Below, in pieces: positions 31,001 through 40,900 of a stretch of 64,000 bases of DNA. Numbering within the stretch: the stretch's first letter is position 1; each line of letters begins with the position of its first letter. The translations under genes and the position numbers were made by a program. The stretch covers positions 1 through 64,000 of the forward strand of contig JBBIIG010000002.1 of the NCBI GenBank assembly GCA_037446635.1, given 5' to 3'. The notes beneath the pieces are model-generated. The model was not told where the DNA came from, did no database searches, and worked only from the letters and a program-made list of their open reading frames with translations. Origin of the DNA: a bacterium. Lineage in GTDB: Bacteria > Zhuqueibacterota > Zhuqueibacteria > Oceanimicrobiales > Oceanimicrobiaceae.

Positions 31001-34000
31001 GATTGGAGCGCTGCTTCTGGTAATTTAGGCCCGCCTATAAGCGGCAGCGGCAGCAGCTTGACTTTTTCCCCCACCACGGCGCCGGCCAGCGGAGTGATTC
31101 GCGCCACCCATGTGGCTTCAGGCGCCACTGATGACACGGGTACGATAACTGTGAATCCCGGCGTGCCGGTGGGTACGATTACCTTAACCCCCAATCCAGC
31201 CACTCTGCCCGCGGACAATTCTTCAACTTCACAAGTGACTTCTTCCCAAATTTTGGATGGCGATGGCAATCCCGTTGGCGCCAATCGTTTATTCACCGTG
31301 TGTTTGTCGGACACCAATTTGGCGCGAATCACGACGCCGGACGCGGATCTTGTAACTCCCGGCCGACAGGTGACGACGAATTCGAGCAGCCAATTAAATT
31401 TCACAATTCAAGCCAAAAATCTCGGCGGCACCGTCAACATTTTTGTCAGCAGCGTCGGCGGCACCGCCACCGGCAACACTGCCATCGCTATTGGCAGCAT
31501 GGCGATTTCCTCCATTTCAACCGCTTCGACGTTTGTCAGCCGCGGGCAGACCGGCATCACCGTGCAGATGGTGGTGCAAAATTTGAGCTCCACGCAAATC
31601 ACCAACTTGTCCGCCAGCCTGACGTTCACTGGCTCGGTGGATCGCACCAGCCAATATAATCAGGTGCGCACCGACGGCTTTTCCACCATTCCAGCCAGCG
31701 GCCAGCGCACCCTCACTTTTTCGGTTGGAGTATTAAGCAACGCCGCGCTGGAAACCATCACCATCGATGGCCAGGTGAACGGCGAGATCAGCGGCACGCC
31801 GGTGTCGGCGCAGGGCGCGGCCAGCACCGATAGCTGGACCGTGCAGCGCCCCGCGGAATTGCGGGCCATCAGCGTTTCCAGTACGCTGGACACCGTGGTG
31901 GTGGGGCAGCAAAATAACCCGGTGACCGTGCGGCTTTCCAACCCGGCGCTGGCCGGGTCCGCCGCGGCCGTGATTGATAATATCCAACTGAAATTTTTAA
32001 AAGACGGCGTAACCGACCGCACTTCCGATTTTTCATTTACCGCCAGCGGCGGCAACCCCACCAGCATTCCCGCCAACCAGCAATTGGATTTTAATTTCAC
32101 GGTGGGCGTGGGCGGATCGGCGGAGCCGGGCGATTACCAGATTGACGTGGAAGTCACCGGTCACGATTTCAACTCCACCACTCTGCCGCTGCAAGATTTG
32201 AATGGCGCGGACGCCCGCGCCGCCTGGAACGTCAAGGCGGCGCCGGTGCTGCAAATCGTTTCGCTGACGCCGCAGCCGGCGGCCACGGTTTTTGCGGGCC
32301 AGACCATTAATTGGACCGTGCGCATGGAAGTGCGCAACAACGGCCCCGATCCCATCGACATCGATTTTGCGCAGGCGAAAACCTTCATCCGTTTCATCAT
32401 TGGCACGGACCGAACGTCCGAGTACACCATTATTCAGCCGACGCAATTGGCGGGCGGCGGCGTGCGCTTAAATAACGCCGCCACCGGCTTCATCGATTTT
32501 ATCATCGACGTTACCGGAACAACTATCGGCACCGCCACCATCACCGGGCGGGTGGAGGGCACCGACACCGGCACGGGCAATCCCATTTTTGATGACACCA
32601 ACGACGGCGGCGCCGGCGTGGTGGAGATTTTAAGTTCTACTTCGGTGGTGCGTATCGCGCAAACGGTGCCGGTGACGCCGAACATCGAGCAGGGTGTGGG
32701 CGTGGTGAACACTGGCCAGACTTTTCAGGTGCGGGTCAACGTCCGCAACGAGCTGCAGGAGCCGGTGGTGAACGTGCAGGTGGCGCTGGAAACCAACGGT
32801 TCATCGAATATTGCTTTATCGCCGCAGACCATTGCCAGCATTGCGGAAAATGGCAACGCCGATTTGCTGTTTAATGTTACCGCCGCGCTGCTGCCAAATG
32901 CGGGGGGCGAAACGTTCACCTCCAGAATTCTGGCTGCCACCGGCGGCGAAAGCGGCCAGCCGGCGCTGCGGGGCGCGGCCTTCGACAGCCTGGCGATTTA
33001 CCGCATCCAGACCCGCGCCTCGCTGCGGGTGCAATTTACGGAGCTCAATCCATTTCAGGTCGCCGGCGATATTTTCGACGTGCGCGCGACCGTGACCAAC
33101 ACCGGCCAGGGGCAGGTGGATAATACCGGCCAGGTGACGTTGACGATACCCGCGGGCTACTCGTTCGATCTCAGCAGTCCCGCCGTCCAAAATTTTACCG
33201 TCGGCGCCACCATTCTCTGGCGAGTGATTGCCCCAAATACCGCGACCCCGCCGGAGAACTTTACGGCGACGATCACCCAGGCGCCGGTGGACATCAATAG
33301 CCGGCCGTCGTTGGCGTTTTTAGAAACGCCCTCGGTAACGCGGCAGGTGGAGACGCAGCCTCTGGGTCTGGATATTCTGAGCTTCAACGTTATCTCTCCG
33401 CCCGGGGCCGTTGACAATATTTTATCCACCGAGCAAACGTTCGACATTCGCGCCAGCCTCAGCGTCTCCGCGAATATCGATTCGGTGCGCGCCGATCTCA
33501 GCTTGCCTATCGAATACAGTTTGTTCCCGGGATTCAGCGCCTCGCGGCTGTTGCTCCCCGGACAAAGTAGCGTTACCTGGCGGGTCATTGCGCCGGCCGC
33601 GCCGCACAGTTTTCCCCGGGTGATTGAGGCGCGCATGAGGGGCTACGATCAGGGTGTGGTGCGCCGAGACACCACCGGCGAGCTGAGCATCGCCGCCGTC
33701 GTAACCCGGGTGAATCTTGATTTTGATCAATTTTTTTCCGATCCGGCGAACGTCGTTTCCATCAATCAGGCCTTTCAAATTCGCGCGCGAATTTCCAACT
33801 TGGGCGAGGCCGATGTTGAAGGAACCACCACGTTTACTTTGGATTTGGGGAACACGGGAATTCAAAGCCAGCAGCCGCTGGTGCAAAATGTCACCCCCGG
33901 CCAGCAGGTGATTTGGAACGTTACCGCACCCGCGACCGCCACGCAGTTGGACACGCTTTCGCTGCGGGTTACGAGCGTCCCCCGAGACGAAAACACCAAC

Positions 34001-35587
34001 CTGACGGCGTTCATCAACCGGCTGGAGAGAAAAATTCCCATTGCCACAGTTGATGCCGGTTTCGTTCGAATTAACAGCGTCATGGTTACTACACCGGAGG
34101 GCGCCAAAGATGGCACGCTTTCCACGGAGCAAGAGCTGACCATTGAAGCCGAAATCGAGTGGCAGGACCTGATCAACCTGCAAGCAGAGATCGAGTTTCC
34201 GTCGGTTGCTTATGAAATTTTGGATGGCAGCCGTTTTCGTGACATCGCCCAGGGACCGCTTACCAGCGTGAGTTGGCGAGTGCGGGCGCCGACCGCCCCG
34301 GCACCAGCGCAGCACTTTATCAAGATTAAAGCGCAGGGCAACGACGAAAACAATCCGTCTTTGGTGGTGGCGGCGCTGCCGGATTCCTTGCCGTTTCAAG
34401 TGGTGCAAAAGGCGCAGTTGCAATTGCTGGCTGAGATTTCGGCGCCAGCTTCGGCGCGCGATAGCGTCCTCACCGTCGGACAGAATTTCACCATCCGCGC
34501 CGAGTTGAGAAACAGCGGCGATGCGGCGCTGGTGGGAAACGACCGCGTGCGGATTACCGTGCCCGCTGGCTACACCCTCATCTCCGATTCGGCTTCGCAA
34601 AGCATTTTACCGGAGGTGCGCCAAGTGAGCTGGGATCTTCAGGCGCCCGATACGCCCGGCCGCAGTCAATCATTTATTATCATCGAAGTGGAAAGCCGCG
34701 CCGCCACCGATATCAACAGCAATCAAGTGCCGCCGCTCACGCCCAACCCGCCGCGCATCGTGATTCCGGTGCGAACCAGCGGCATTGAGCTGAAAGTTGT
34801 CCGGCTCGTCGATCGCAAACCAAGCTCCATCTCCCGCGACGCCACCAATGTCGGGATCTTTGGCCTGCAATTTGGAAACGAGGGCGACGCCCCTATTGTG
34901 ATCGACGCCATCCGCCTCAACGTGCGCGCCCGCGGCGATACGATTGCGCCGAATTCCGTTTTGAGCCGCCTCAAGGTGGTGGACTATTTCAATGCCAGCA
35001 TTGAAGAGTTGGATCTCACCTCGTTACCCGACACCGGCCCGCTGGTTTTGAATTTTCAGAATCCGATTTCGATTTCGGAGACTCAGCCGCGCTCTATTGA
35101 GTTCCGGGTGGATGTGAATCCGCAGAGCACCGCCAGCCATTTTGAATTGACCATCGACAACCCGCAAAGCGATATTTTGGCGCGCGATACCGGCTCCAAT
35201 CGCCAGGTGGAAATCGTCGATGCTACCGGGCCGATTGTTGCGGCCATTTCGTCTGGGGTGTCGGTTATTTTCGACCCGACTTTGGAGGCAAGTTTTTATA
35301 ATTATCCCAATCCCTTTGGCGATCCCGGCAAGCCAACCACCGCTTTCAATTATCGCCTCGATCAGCCCTCTGATATCTCGCTGAAAATTTACACCCTGTT
35401 GGGCGAACTGGTGTGGTCGATTTCATTCAGCGCGACCGATCTGGAGGGATTGGCCGGCACCCACGCCGGTAACATCATCTGGGATGGCCGCAACGAAAAG
35501 GGCCAAAAAGTTTTGAATGGCGTGTACGTGGCGGTTCTCACCACCAACCGCGGCAAAGTGATGACTAAAATTGCAGTAGCAAATTGA
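28019..35587 (+). CDS. Giant (about 2,520 aa) secreted Ig-repeat surface protein/adhesin with FlgD/T9SS-like CTD
   Basis: Signal peptide, nine ~100-aa YDxxGN repeats, an invasin-like domain, further beta-sandwich domains, and CTD FYNYPNPF...LKIYTLLGELVW...WDGRN...NGVY. Confidence 0.8.
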   Translation: MRTITRSRSGTFLTVLLFMGAPALALASAAPDNPAVGATTNYTITFTLDADLPAAGSITITFNNTGFTLASTMIASSAEISGGILPATGVTGQSVTFDRDGIGGIIPATTSITLRIGTVTNPTTPNTYSLDVSATGGTSESANFSIVVGPKASIRINDAAGSGGVQVGNLSRNADQTIDLFASSYDAFGNFIGAELVNWTVSGGIGNLSNTSNASSTTLTLNSVGSGTVTADNGSGNVDATGTITVTPGALASIRVVEGSSGDGPEMGSRSVTTDQTLTVHAAGYDADGNYVGDQSVTWNVTGGIGAVSPGSGISTTFDARVIGTGTITATHAVGSDATGTITVSAGSIASIRIRNAPNNGGSEVGAVNLTADQTLTIFAASYDGQGNYLGDVSVSWSAASGNLAPAISGSGSSFTFSPTSAPRSGVIRATHASGTDDTGTISVSVGALSFVRINTGASGETAEFTTQSINADQTLQVHASGYDSDGNYINDVSVSWSVSGGIGTVAPSPNISTTLTATTVGTGVIFADHATALDDATGTITVTPGALASIRVVEGSSENGPEMGTRSVTTDQTLTVHAAGYDADGNYVGDQSVTWNVTGGIGAVSPGSGISTTFDARVIGTGTITATHAVGSDATGTITVSAGALKYVRINSDASGNTSEVTTNTMTVGGSTFTVHASGYDADDNYINDPSVSWSVTGGIGTLNPGSGPSTTLTATTPGTGVIQADHATAIDDATGTITVSAGSIASIRIRNAPNNGGSEVGAVNMTADESLTLYAASYDGPNGTGNYLGDVSVSWSLASGNLAPPISGSGSSFTFSPTLAPRSGVIRATHASGTDDTGTISVSVGALNFVRVYNGASGNTSEVTTATLETGQTLTVHAAGFDADGNYRNDESVNWSVTGGIGNLSANSGISTILTATTPGSGVIQADHATAIDDATGLITVILGNVDSIVIRDAPNNGGNPVTNVTLTADETITIYAAGYDAQSNYVGDVSVDWSAASGNLGPPISGSGSSLTFSPTTAPASGVIRATHVASGATDDTGTITVNPGVPVGTITLTPNPATLPADNSSTSQVTSSQILDGDGNPVGANRLFTVCLSDTNLARITTPDADLVTPGRQVTTNSSSQLNFTIQAKNLGGTVNIFVSSVGGTATGNTAIAIGSMAISSISTASTFVSRGQTGITVQMVVQNLSSTQITNLSASLTFTGSVDRTSQYNQVRTDGFSTIPASGQRTLTFSVGVLSNAALETITIDGQVNGEISGTPVSAQGAASTDSWTVQRPAELRAISVSSTLDTVVVGQQNNPVTVRLSNPALAGSAAAVIDNIQLKFLKDGVTDRTSDFSFTASGGNPTSIPANQQLDFNFTVGVGGSAEPGDYQIDVEVTGHDFNSTTLPLQDLNGADARAAWNVKAAPVLQIVSLTPQPAATVFAGQTINWTVRMEVRNNGPDPIDIDFAQAKTFIRFIIGTDRTSEYTIIQPTQLAGGGVRLNNAATGFIDFIIDVTGTTIGTATITGRVEGTDTGTGNPIFDDTNDGGAGVVEILSSTSVVRIAQTVPVTPNIEQGVGVVNTGQTFQVRVNVRNELQEPVVNVQVALETNGSSNIALSPQTIASIAENGNADLLFNVTAALLPNAGGETFTSRILAATGGESGQPALRGAAFDSLAIYRIQTRASLRVQFTELNPFQVAGDIFDVRATVTNTGQGQVDNTGQVTLTIPAGYSFDLSSPAVQNFTVGATILWRVIAPNTATPPENFTATITQAPVDINSRPSLAFLETPSVTRQVETQPLGLDILSFNVISPPGAVDNILSTEQTFDIRASLSVSANIDSVRADLSLPIEYSLFPGFSASRLLLPGQSSVTWRVIAPAAPHSFPRVIEARMRGYDQGVVRRDTTGELSIAAVVTRVNLDFDQFFSDPANVVSINQAFQIRARISNLGEADVEGTTTFTLDLGNTGIQSQQPLVQNVTPGQQVIWNVTAPATATQLDTLSLRVTSVPRDENTNLTAFINRLERKIPIATVDAGFVRINSVMVTTPEGAKDGTLSTEQELTIEAEIEWQDLINLQAEIEFPSVAYEILDGSRFRDIAQGPLTSVSWRVRAPTAPAPAQHFIKIKAQGNDENNPSLVVAALPDSLPFQVVQKAQLQLLAEISAPASARDSVLTVGQNFTIRAELRNSGDAALVGNDRVRITVPAGYTLISDSASQSILPEVRQVSWDLQAPDTPGRSQSFIIIEVESRAATDINSNQVPPLTPNPPRIVIPVRTSGIELKVVRLVDRKPSSISRDATNVGIFGLQFGNEGDAPIVIDAIRLNVRARGDTIAPNSVLSRLKVVDYFNASIEELDLTSLPDTGPLVLNFQNPISISETQPRSIEFRVDVNPQSTASHFELTIDNPQSDILARDTGSNRQVEIVDATGPIVAAISSGVSVIFDPTLEASFYNYPNPFGDPGKPTTAFNYRLDQPSDISLKIYTLLGELVWSISFSATDLEGLAGTHAGNIIWDGRNEKGQKVLNGVYVAVLTTNRGKVMTKIAVAN
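28739..29943 (+). repeat. Near-identical intragenic repeat A (28739-29052 and 29630-29943)
   Basis: Two ~314-bp copies with few substitutions. Confidence 0.85.
29027..30562 (+). repeat. Near-identical intragenic repeat B (29027-29362 and 30218-30562)
   Basis: Copies of ~336 and ~345 bp differing by a 9-bp indel and scattered substitutions. Confidence 0.85.
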
Positions 35588-35595
35588 GATGCGCT

Positions 35596-37647
35596 ATGTT
35601 GACTTTTATCAAATATTCAGCTAAATTTTGCACCCGCGCGGCGGTGATTGCGGGTATGATACTATCGTCATTCCTCGTTGAAACATCATTTGCGCAAACC
35701 GGCGTCGGCGGCACCAAGAGCTTGTTTATGGGAGTGGGGGCGCGGCCGCTGGCGTTGGGCAATGCCTACGTGGCGGTCTCCAATGACGTCTCGGGGATTT
35801 TTTTCAACCCAGCGGGCCTGGATTATGCCGAGAAAAATAGTTTGAGCCTTTTTTATACCAATTTGATTTTCGGATCCAATTATAGTTTTGTGGGTGCAAT
35901 TGTGCCCACGCTGTCCATTGGCGCATTTGGGCTGGCCTGGGCGCGCATCAGCAGCGGCGATATTGTGGAGCGCGATATCGATCAAGTGCCGGGCGAAACC
36001 TTTGATCACAGTCAGAATTTGTTTATTCTCTCTTATGGCAAGCAGTTACTAAAAAATAAATTGAGCGTGGGGCTGAACATTAAATTGCAAACCGTGAGTT
36101 TTTCGCTTCCTAGTTTGTCCGATTCCGGCGTGGGCGGAGATTTGGGTTTCCTGTATCGCCCGTTTGATAGCGGTATTTTGGGAGACGTGTCGTTTGGCCT
36201 GAACATTCAAAACATCATCCCCCCCAAGACGCGTTTGATCAGCGCGTCGCAATCTGCTTCACCGACGAATTTCAAAATCGGGTTAGCGAAGCCAATTTAT
36301 TTTGGCGAAGAACGCAGCCGCATTACCCTGCTGTTTGATTTCAACAAAACCGAGCAGGCGCCAGGGCTCTACAATCTGGGCGCGGAATATTCGTTTAAAA
36401 ATAACGCCATGCTGCGGGTGGGGTTGAACGACGGCCTGATTGCTTTGGGCGCCGGCGCGGCTTACAGCAATTTCCATTTTGATTACACCTTCGGCAAAAT
36501 GTTCGATGCGGCCGATTTTTCCGCCGACCACCGTTTTTCCGTGACCATCGAAATCGGCAAAAGCAAAGCCGAAAGGCTGCAGCGTTTGCAAGCAAAGCGG
36601 GAACGCGAAGTCCGCCTGCGAGTGGATAATGAGTTATGGTTCACCCGCGAGACCGAATTCAACACCGCCATGGAGGACGGCCGTAAAAAATTTGAGACCA
36701 AAGACTACCGCAATGCCTATGTCGATTTTAGCCGCGCGGTTGACGCGGCGCAGACCCTGGTGGATGTGGCTATGCGGCTGCGCGGCGAGAACACTAACGA
36801 CATCGAAGCCAACATGAAAGTGGAAACCGCCAATAGCTCAGTTCAAGAAGCCCAAACCATGCTGGAGCTGGCGGAAGCCAAAAGCGATTCTGTGCGCAAG
36901 GCCGAAACTGAGTTCATCGTTCGGCAAACCGAGGCGACGACCCGCGACCGCGAGCTGCGCGATTTTATTTTGCAGCAGCGCGATAAGGGCAACGCCTTCT
37001 TCAAAAGCGGGCTGTTCTCGCGGGCGATGACCGAGTGGCAGTTGGCGCTCGACCGCATCAACCAAAACCAGGGCAACCATCTTCCGAGTTGGGTGGACGA
37101 GATCAAGCTGCAGCTCGAGAATGACATCGCCACCGCGGCGAAACAACTCGAGGGCAACGTCAAAGAGGCGATGCGGCGCGCTGAGGCTCTGGAGCGGCGC
37201 GGCGATTACGTGCAGGCGCTCAACGAGCTGAACAGCATTCGCGCCGCCGGTATGAGCGACACTGAAAGAAACGAAGTGGAACTCAGAATCAAGTCGCTGC
37301 AATCGCAATTGAGCTTCAAACAAAATTTTGACGAGGGCGTGCGTTTCTACGAAAGCAAAGACTGGAAGGCGGCCGCCGAGGCCTTCGACCGCGCCCTCAA
37401 AGTGCGGCCAAACGATTCCAGGGCCAAAAAATATTATGAAGACGCCCGGGCGCGCTCCATCGCCACCGTGCAGGAGATGCCGCCCAATCTGCGCGTCAAA
37501 TACGCCCGCGGTCTGGAGCTTTTCCGCCAAGGCAATTACAAAGCGGCGCTGGACATCTGGGAAGAGATTCGCAAGGAACAGCCCTACAACAAGCGCATTC
37601 TCGATTCCATTGACAGCGCCCGCGAGCGGCTCAAAAGTCAAAATTGA
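35596..37647 (+). CDS. PorV/PorQ-family beta-barrel fused to a C-terminal coiled-coil/TPR region
   Basis: MGVGARPLALGNAYVAVSND...FFNPAGL; barrel ends at HRFSVTIEIG, followed by ~350 aa of helical/TPR sequence. Confidence 0.8.
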   Translation: MLTFIKYSAKFCTRAAVIAGMILSSFLVETSFAQTGVGGTKSLFMGVGARPLALGNAYVAVSNDVSGIFFNPAGLDYAEKNSLSLFYTNLIFGSNYSFVGAIVPTLSIGAFGLAWARISSGDIVERDIDQVPGETFDHSQNLFILSYGKQLLKNKLSVGLNIKLQTVSFSLPSLSDSGVGGDLGFLYRPFDSGILGDVSFGLNIQNIIPPKTRLISASQSASPTNFKIGLAKPIYFGEERSRITLLFDFNKTEQAPGLYNLGAEYSFKNNAMLRVGLNDGLIALGAGAAYSNFHFDYTFGKMFDAADFSADHRFSVTIEIGKSKAERLQRLQAKREREVRLRVDNELWFTRETEFNTAMEDGRKKFETKDYRNAYVDFSRAVDAAQTLVDVAMRLRGENTNDIEANMKVETANSSVQEAQTMLELAEAKSDSVRKAETEFIVRQTEATTRDRELRDFILQQRDKGNAFFKSGLFSRAMTEWQLALDRINQNQGNHLPSWVDEIKLQLENDIATAAKQLEGNVKEAMRRAEALERRGDYVQALNELNSIRAAGMSDTERNEVELRIKSLQSQLSFKQNFDEGVRFYESKDWKAAAEAFDRALKVRPNDSRAKKYYEDARARSIATVQEMPPNLRVKYARGLELFRQGNYKAALDIWEEIRKEQPYNKRILDSIDSARERLKSQN

Positions 37648-37660
37648 TTTAGCCGGAAAA

Positions 37661-37846
37661 CTGGATTATTGTAAAAATCTTCAGATCGCCTGATGATGAA
37701 TCATCAGGCTAATTTGCTGAAGTCGATTGAAATCGACTCTAGACAGCAGCAGCTTAATTTATTAAGCTTAAGCTATTAGCTTGGAAATTCATTTCCAAGC
37801 GGTCTGCTTTCATTGACAAAAGCCATCTTCTCTAAGGGATTTTTAC
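37661..37846. mobile_element. MITE-like element, inverted and truncated copy
   Basis: Reverse complement of the 25898-26103 element with a few differences; most of one terminal IR is missing. Confidence 0.75.
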
Positions 37847-37907
37847 CGCCATTGCGTACGCCTTTTTGGCGGCGGCAGGTATATTTTCAAAACAATTCAG
37901 AATTAAC

Positions 37908-40900
37908 TTGCTAAGCAAAGTCGAAAAAGAACAACTCAAGGTACCGGCGCAAATTGATTATTTGGGCGACTTGCGCGATTTTGTCACCCAGCTCGGCAAA
38001 AAGCACAAGTTCCCGGATAAAGTCATCAATGCCTTCAAGCTGGCGGTGGATGAGGCCGCCACCAACATCATCCGCCATGCCTATCGCGAGAAAGAGGGGC
38101 TGATCACCATTCGCTCCATCGTGCGAAAAAGCAGCCTCACCATCTGCATCATCGATCAGGGCACCTACTTCGATCCCAAGCACGTCAAAGACCCGGATTT
38201 GAACCGCTACATGGACATTGGCAAAAAGGGCGGCCTGGGCATTTTCATCATCCGTAAGCTCATGGATGAGATCGACTACCACAAAACCGAGGAAGGCAAT
38301 GAACTGCGCATTACCAAGTATATCGATAAGCCGCCGGCCAAAGAGCGGTTAGTCAGCACCGTTTCCGCTATTCCGCTTTCCATCAAAGCGCGGTTTTTCT
38401 ACCGCGCCATCGCTATCATCACGCTCATCATCGCGCTGGGGTATTTGTATTTTTATTTGAAAGCCGACGATCAGGTGATGATGCAGTTCATGGATGAAAG
38501 CCGCGCCACCAACACGCAAATCGTTAATCGTGTTACCACGATCGTTACTGAGGCCGTGCAACTTGGGGTCGATTTTTTTGACGCCAGCCCAATTCGCGAA
38601 GATTTCCGTCATCAAATTTTTCATTTTGTGATCGAGGACAGCGCGGGCACCATCGTTTACTCCTCCGATCCGGTCGAAACTTATACGCTTTATGAGCGCC
38701 CGGCTGAAGCGGAGTTGCTCGAAGACGGAATTTATAAATACATAACAGACGCCGGTGTGCCGGTTTATGAGTTTGAAAGCGACATCCTCATCCGCAACAG
38801 CGACAAAAAGTTTGGCAAAGCGCACGTTTTGTTTTCATCGGCCTCCATCGAAAAAATTATTGCCCGCAGCCGTCTGAACGATCTCAAATTGACCCTGTTC
38901 ATTTTAGGGCTGAGCTACATCGGGGTGGCGGTGATCGTCTATCTTTTGGTGAACCCGCTGCGCAAGCTCTCCTCGTGGATTAAAGATTTGGGCCACGGCG
39001 AGCTTACCGACGAGATCGATATCGACACCTCCTCGGAGATCGGCGAGATCGCGCAGGCTTTCAGCGACATCACTCACAAATTCCGGGAGTCCCAAAAGAA
39101 CCTCGCCGATCAGGAACGCCTGCAACGGGAAATGAAGGTGGCGCAAGACATCCAGCAGACGCTGCTGCCGATGTCCTTCCCCGAATTGGATGGCTACGAG
39201 CTGGGCTCGTACTACGAAGCGGCCAAAGAATTGGGCGGCGATTATTATGATTTCGTGGAGGTGGATAAGGACACCCTGGGCATCGTGGTGGCCGACGTGT
39301 CCGGCAAGGGCGTTCCCGGCTCGCTGGTGATGGCCATGATCCGCCAAACCCTGCGCACCGAGGCGCGCGGCGTAAAGGACGCCGCCACGGTGCTGACGCA
39401 AGTGAACGAATTCGTCAGCAAGGACATCAAGAAGGGGATGTTCGTCACCGTTTTCTATCTCATCGTTGATTCCAAACGCCGAAGCATCAACTTTGCCAGC
39501 GCTGGCCACAACCCGATGATCCTGTATCGCAACAGCACCAAGAAAACCTATTATCTCAATCCCAAGGGCTTCCCCATTGGCATTCAGTTGCCGGATAAAG
39601 AGCTTTTCAAAAAATCCATCGAGTCCGAAGAGATTCAACTGGCGAAGGATGACGTCCTGCTGCTTTACACCGACGGCATCACCGAGGCCATGAATCCGAA
39701 CCGCGAGCTTTTTGGTGAGGAGCGCTTGCAGAAAGTGTTGAGAGACTTCGGCCATTTGCCGGTCAATGATTTTGTGGAGAAGCTCAAGCAGGCGATTTAC
39801 TCGTTCACCGAAGGCAACCCGCAATACGATGACATCTCCCTGGTGGTCATCAAAGAAAAATCGACCCGCGAGGAAGATGAGCTGCGCCGCGCGAAAGAAG
39901 CCCACTTGTTGATTGGTCAGGGCGTCAGCATCCGCGAGGCCTGCGAGCGCGTCAACCTCACGACCTACGCTTATTATAATAAGTACAAAAAGATTTTTGA
40001 AGAAGAAGGAGTGGATGCCTTTGAGGTCGGCAATGAAGCGTCCATCGAAGCCAAGCATCTTAGCATTGAAGAAAAAGTCAAGATTCTCGATATCATCGCT
40101 CAGCATCCGGAGTACGGCGCCGGCCGCATCAGCGAGGTATTGAACAGCGAGCGCTACGGGTTCGAGAAAATTAGTGAAAATAAAATTTATGACGAATTGG
40201 TGCGCAGCCGGCTGAACACCCGGCCGCTGCGCGAGGCTTACATCCAGCGGCTCCGCAGCGGGCGGCGGCGATTGAAACCGCCCGGCACGCCCATGATGAC
40301 TTTAGACGGCAAATTGATCATCGAGCGCCAGGATGATATGGGAATGTTGCCGCCGCCGAAAAGAGAGCTCCCCACGCGGAAAACCGAGAGAGATATCGAA
40401 CCCGCACCCCTGTTCGACGATTCCGCCGAATCTTTGTTGACCGTGGCGCCGGATAAGACCACGAGCAGGGTGAGTGAATTTGACATCGAGGAAGAGCTGC
40501 AGTTTGATGTGCCAATCGATGAGCTGCTGGCCAAAGATCGCAGCCAGGACGAGATGACGCCGGTCGCAGCGCCGCCGGAGGCGCAACCGCTTGAACCCAC
40601 TACTGCCGCGCCGTTCGACGAGCAGGAGTCTTTGTACGATCAGTTCACCGAGGCCCACAGTGAGCCTCTGGATCCAGACTTTGCGGACGAAGAGACCGCG
40701 GCCGCCGCGGAGGAGATCGCCGCAACCGAAGCCTCCGTTTTCGACGATAATTTATCTTTCCAGAATTATTTTTCCGACGCCGCGCAGGCAGACGCCTCCG
40801 ACGACGATTTTGAAGACGACGAGCCGGCAAAGCAGGTCACGATGGTTGACGAAGTGGATGAAAACGAGCCCGCCCGTTTTGAGCCGCTGGTAGCGAAAGC

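Noticed and set aside
25898..37846. Composite transposon
   Set aside because: There is no transposase, the outer end of the second copy is truncated, and no flanking target duplication for the whole block is evident.
39890..40260. Active IS insertion into the phosphatase gene
   Set aside because: There is no DDE domain, terminal repeat or frame disruption, so it is treated as a domesticated domain.
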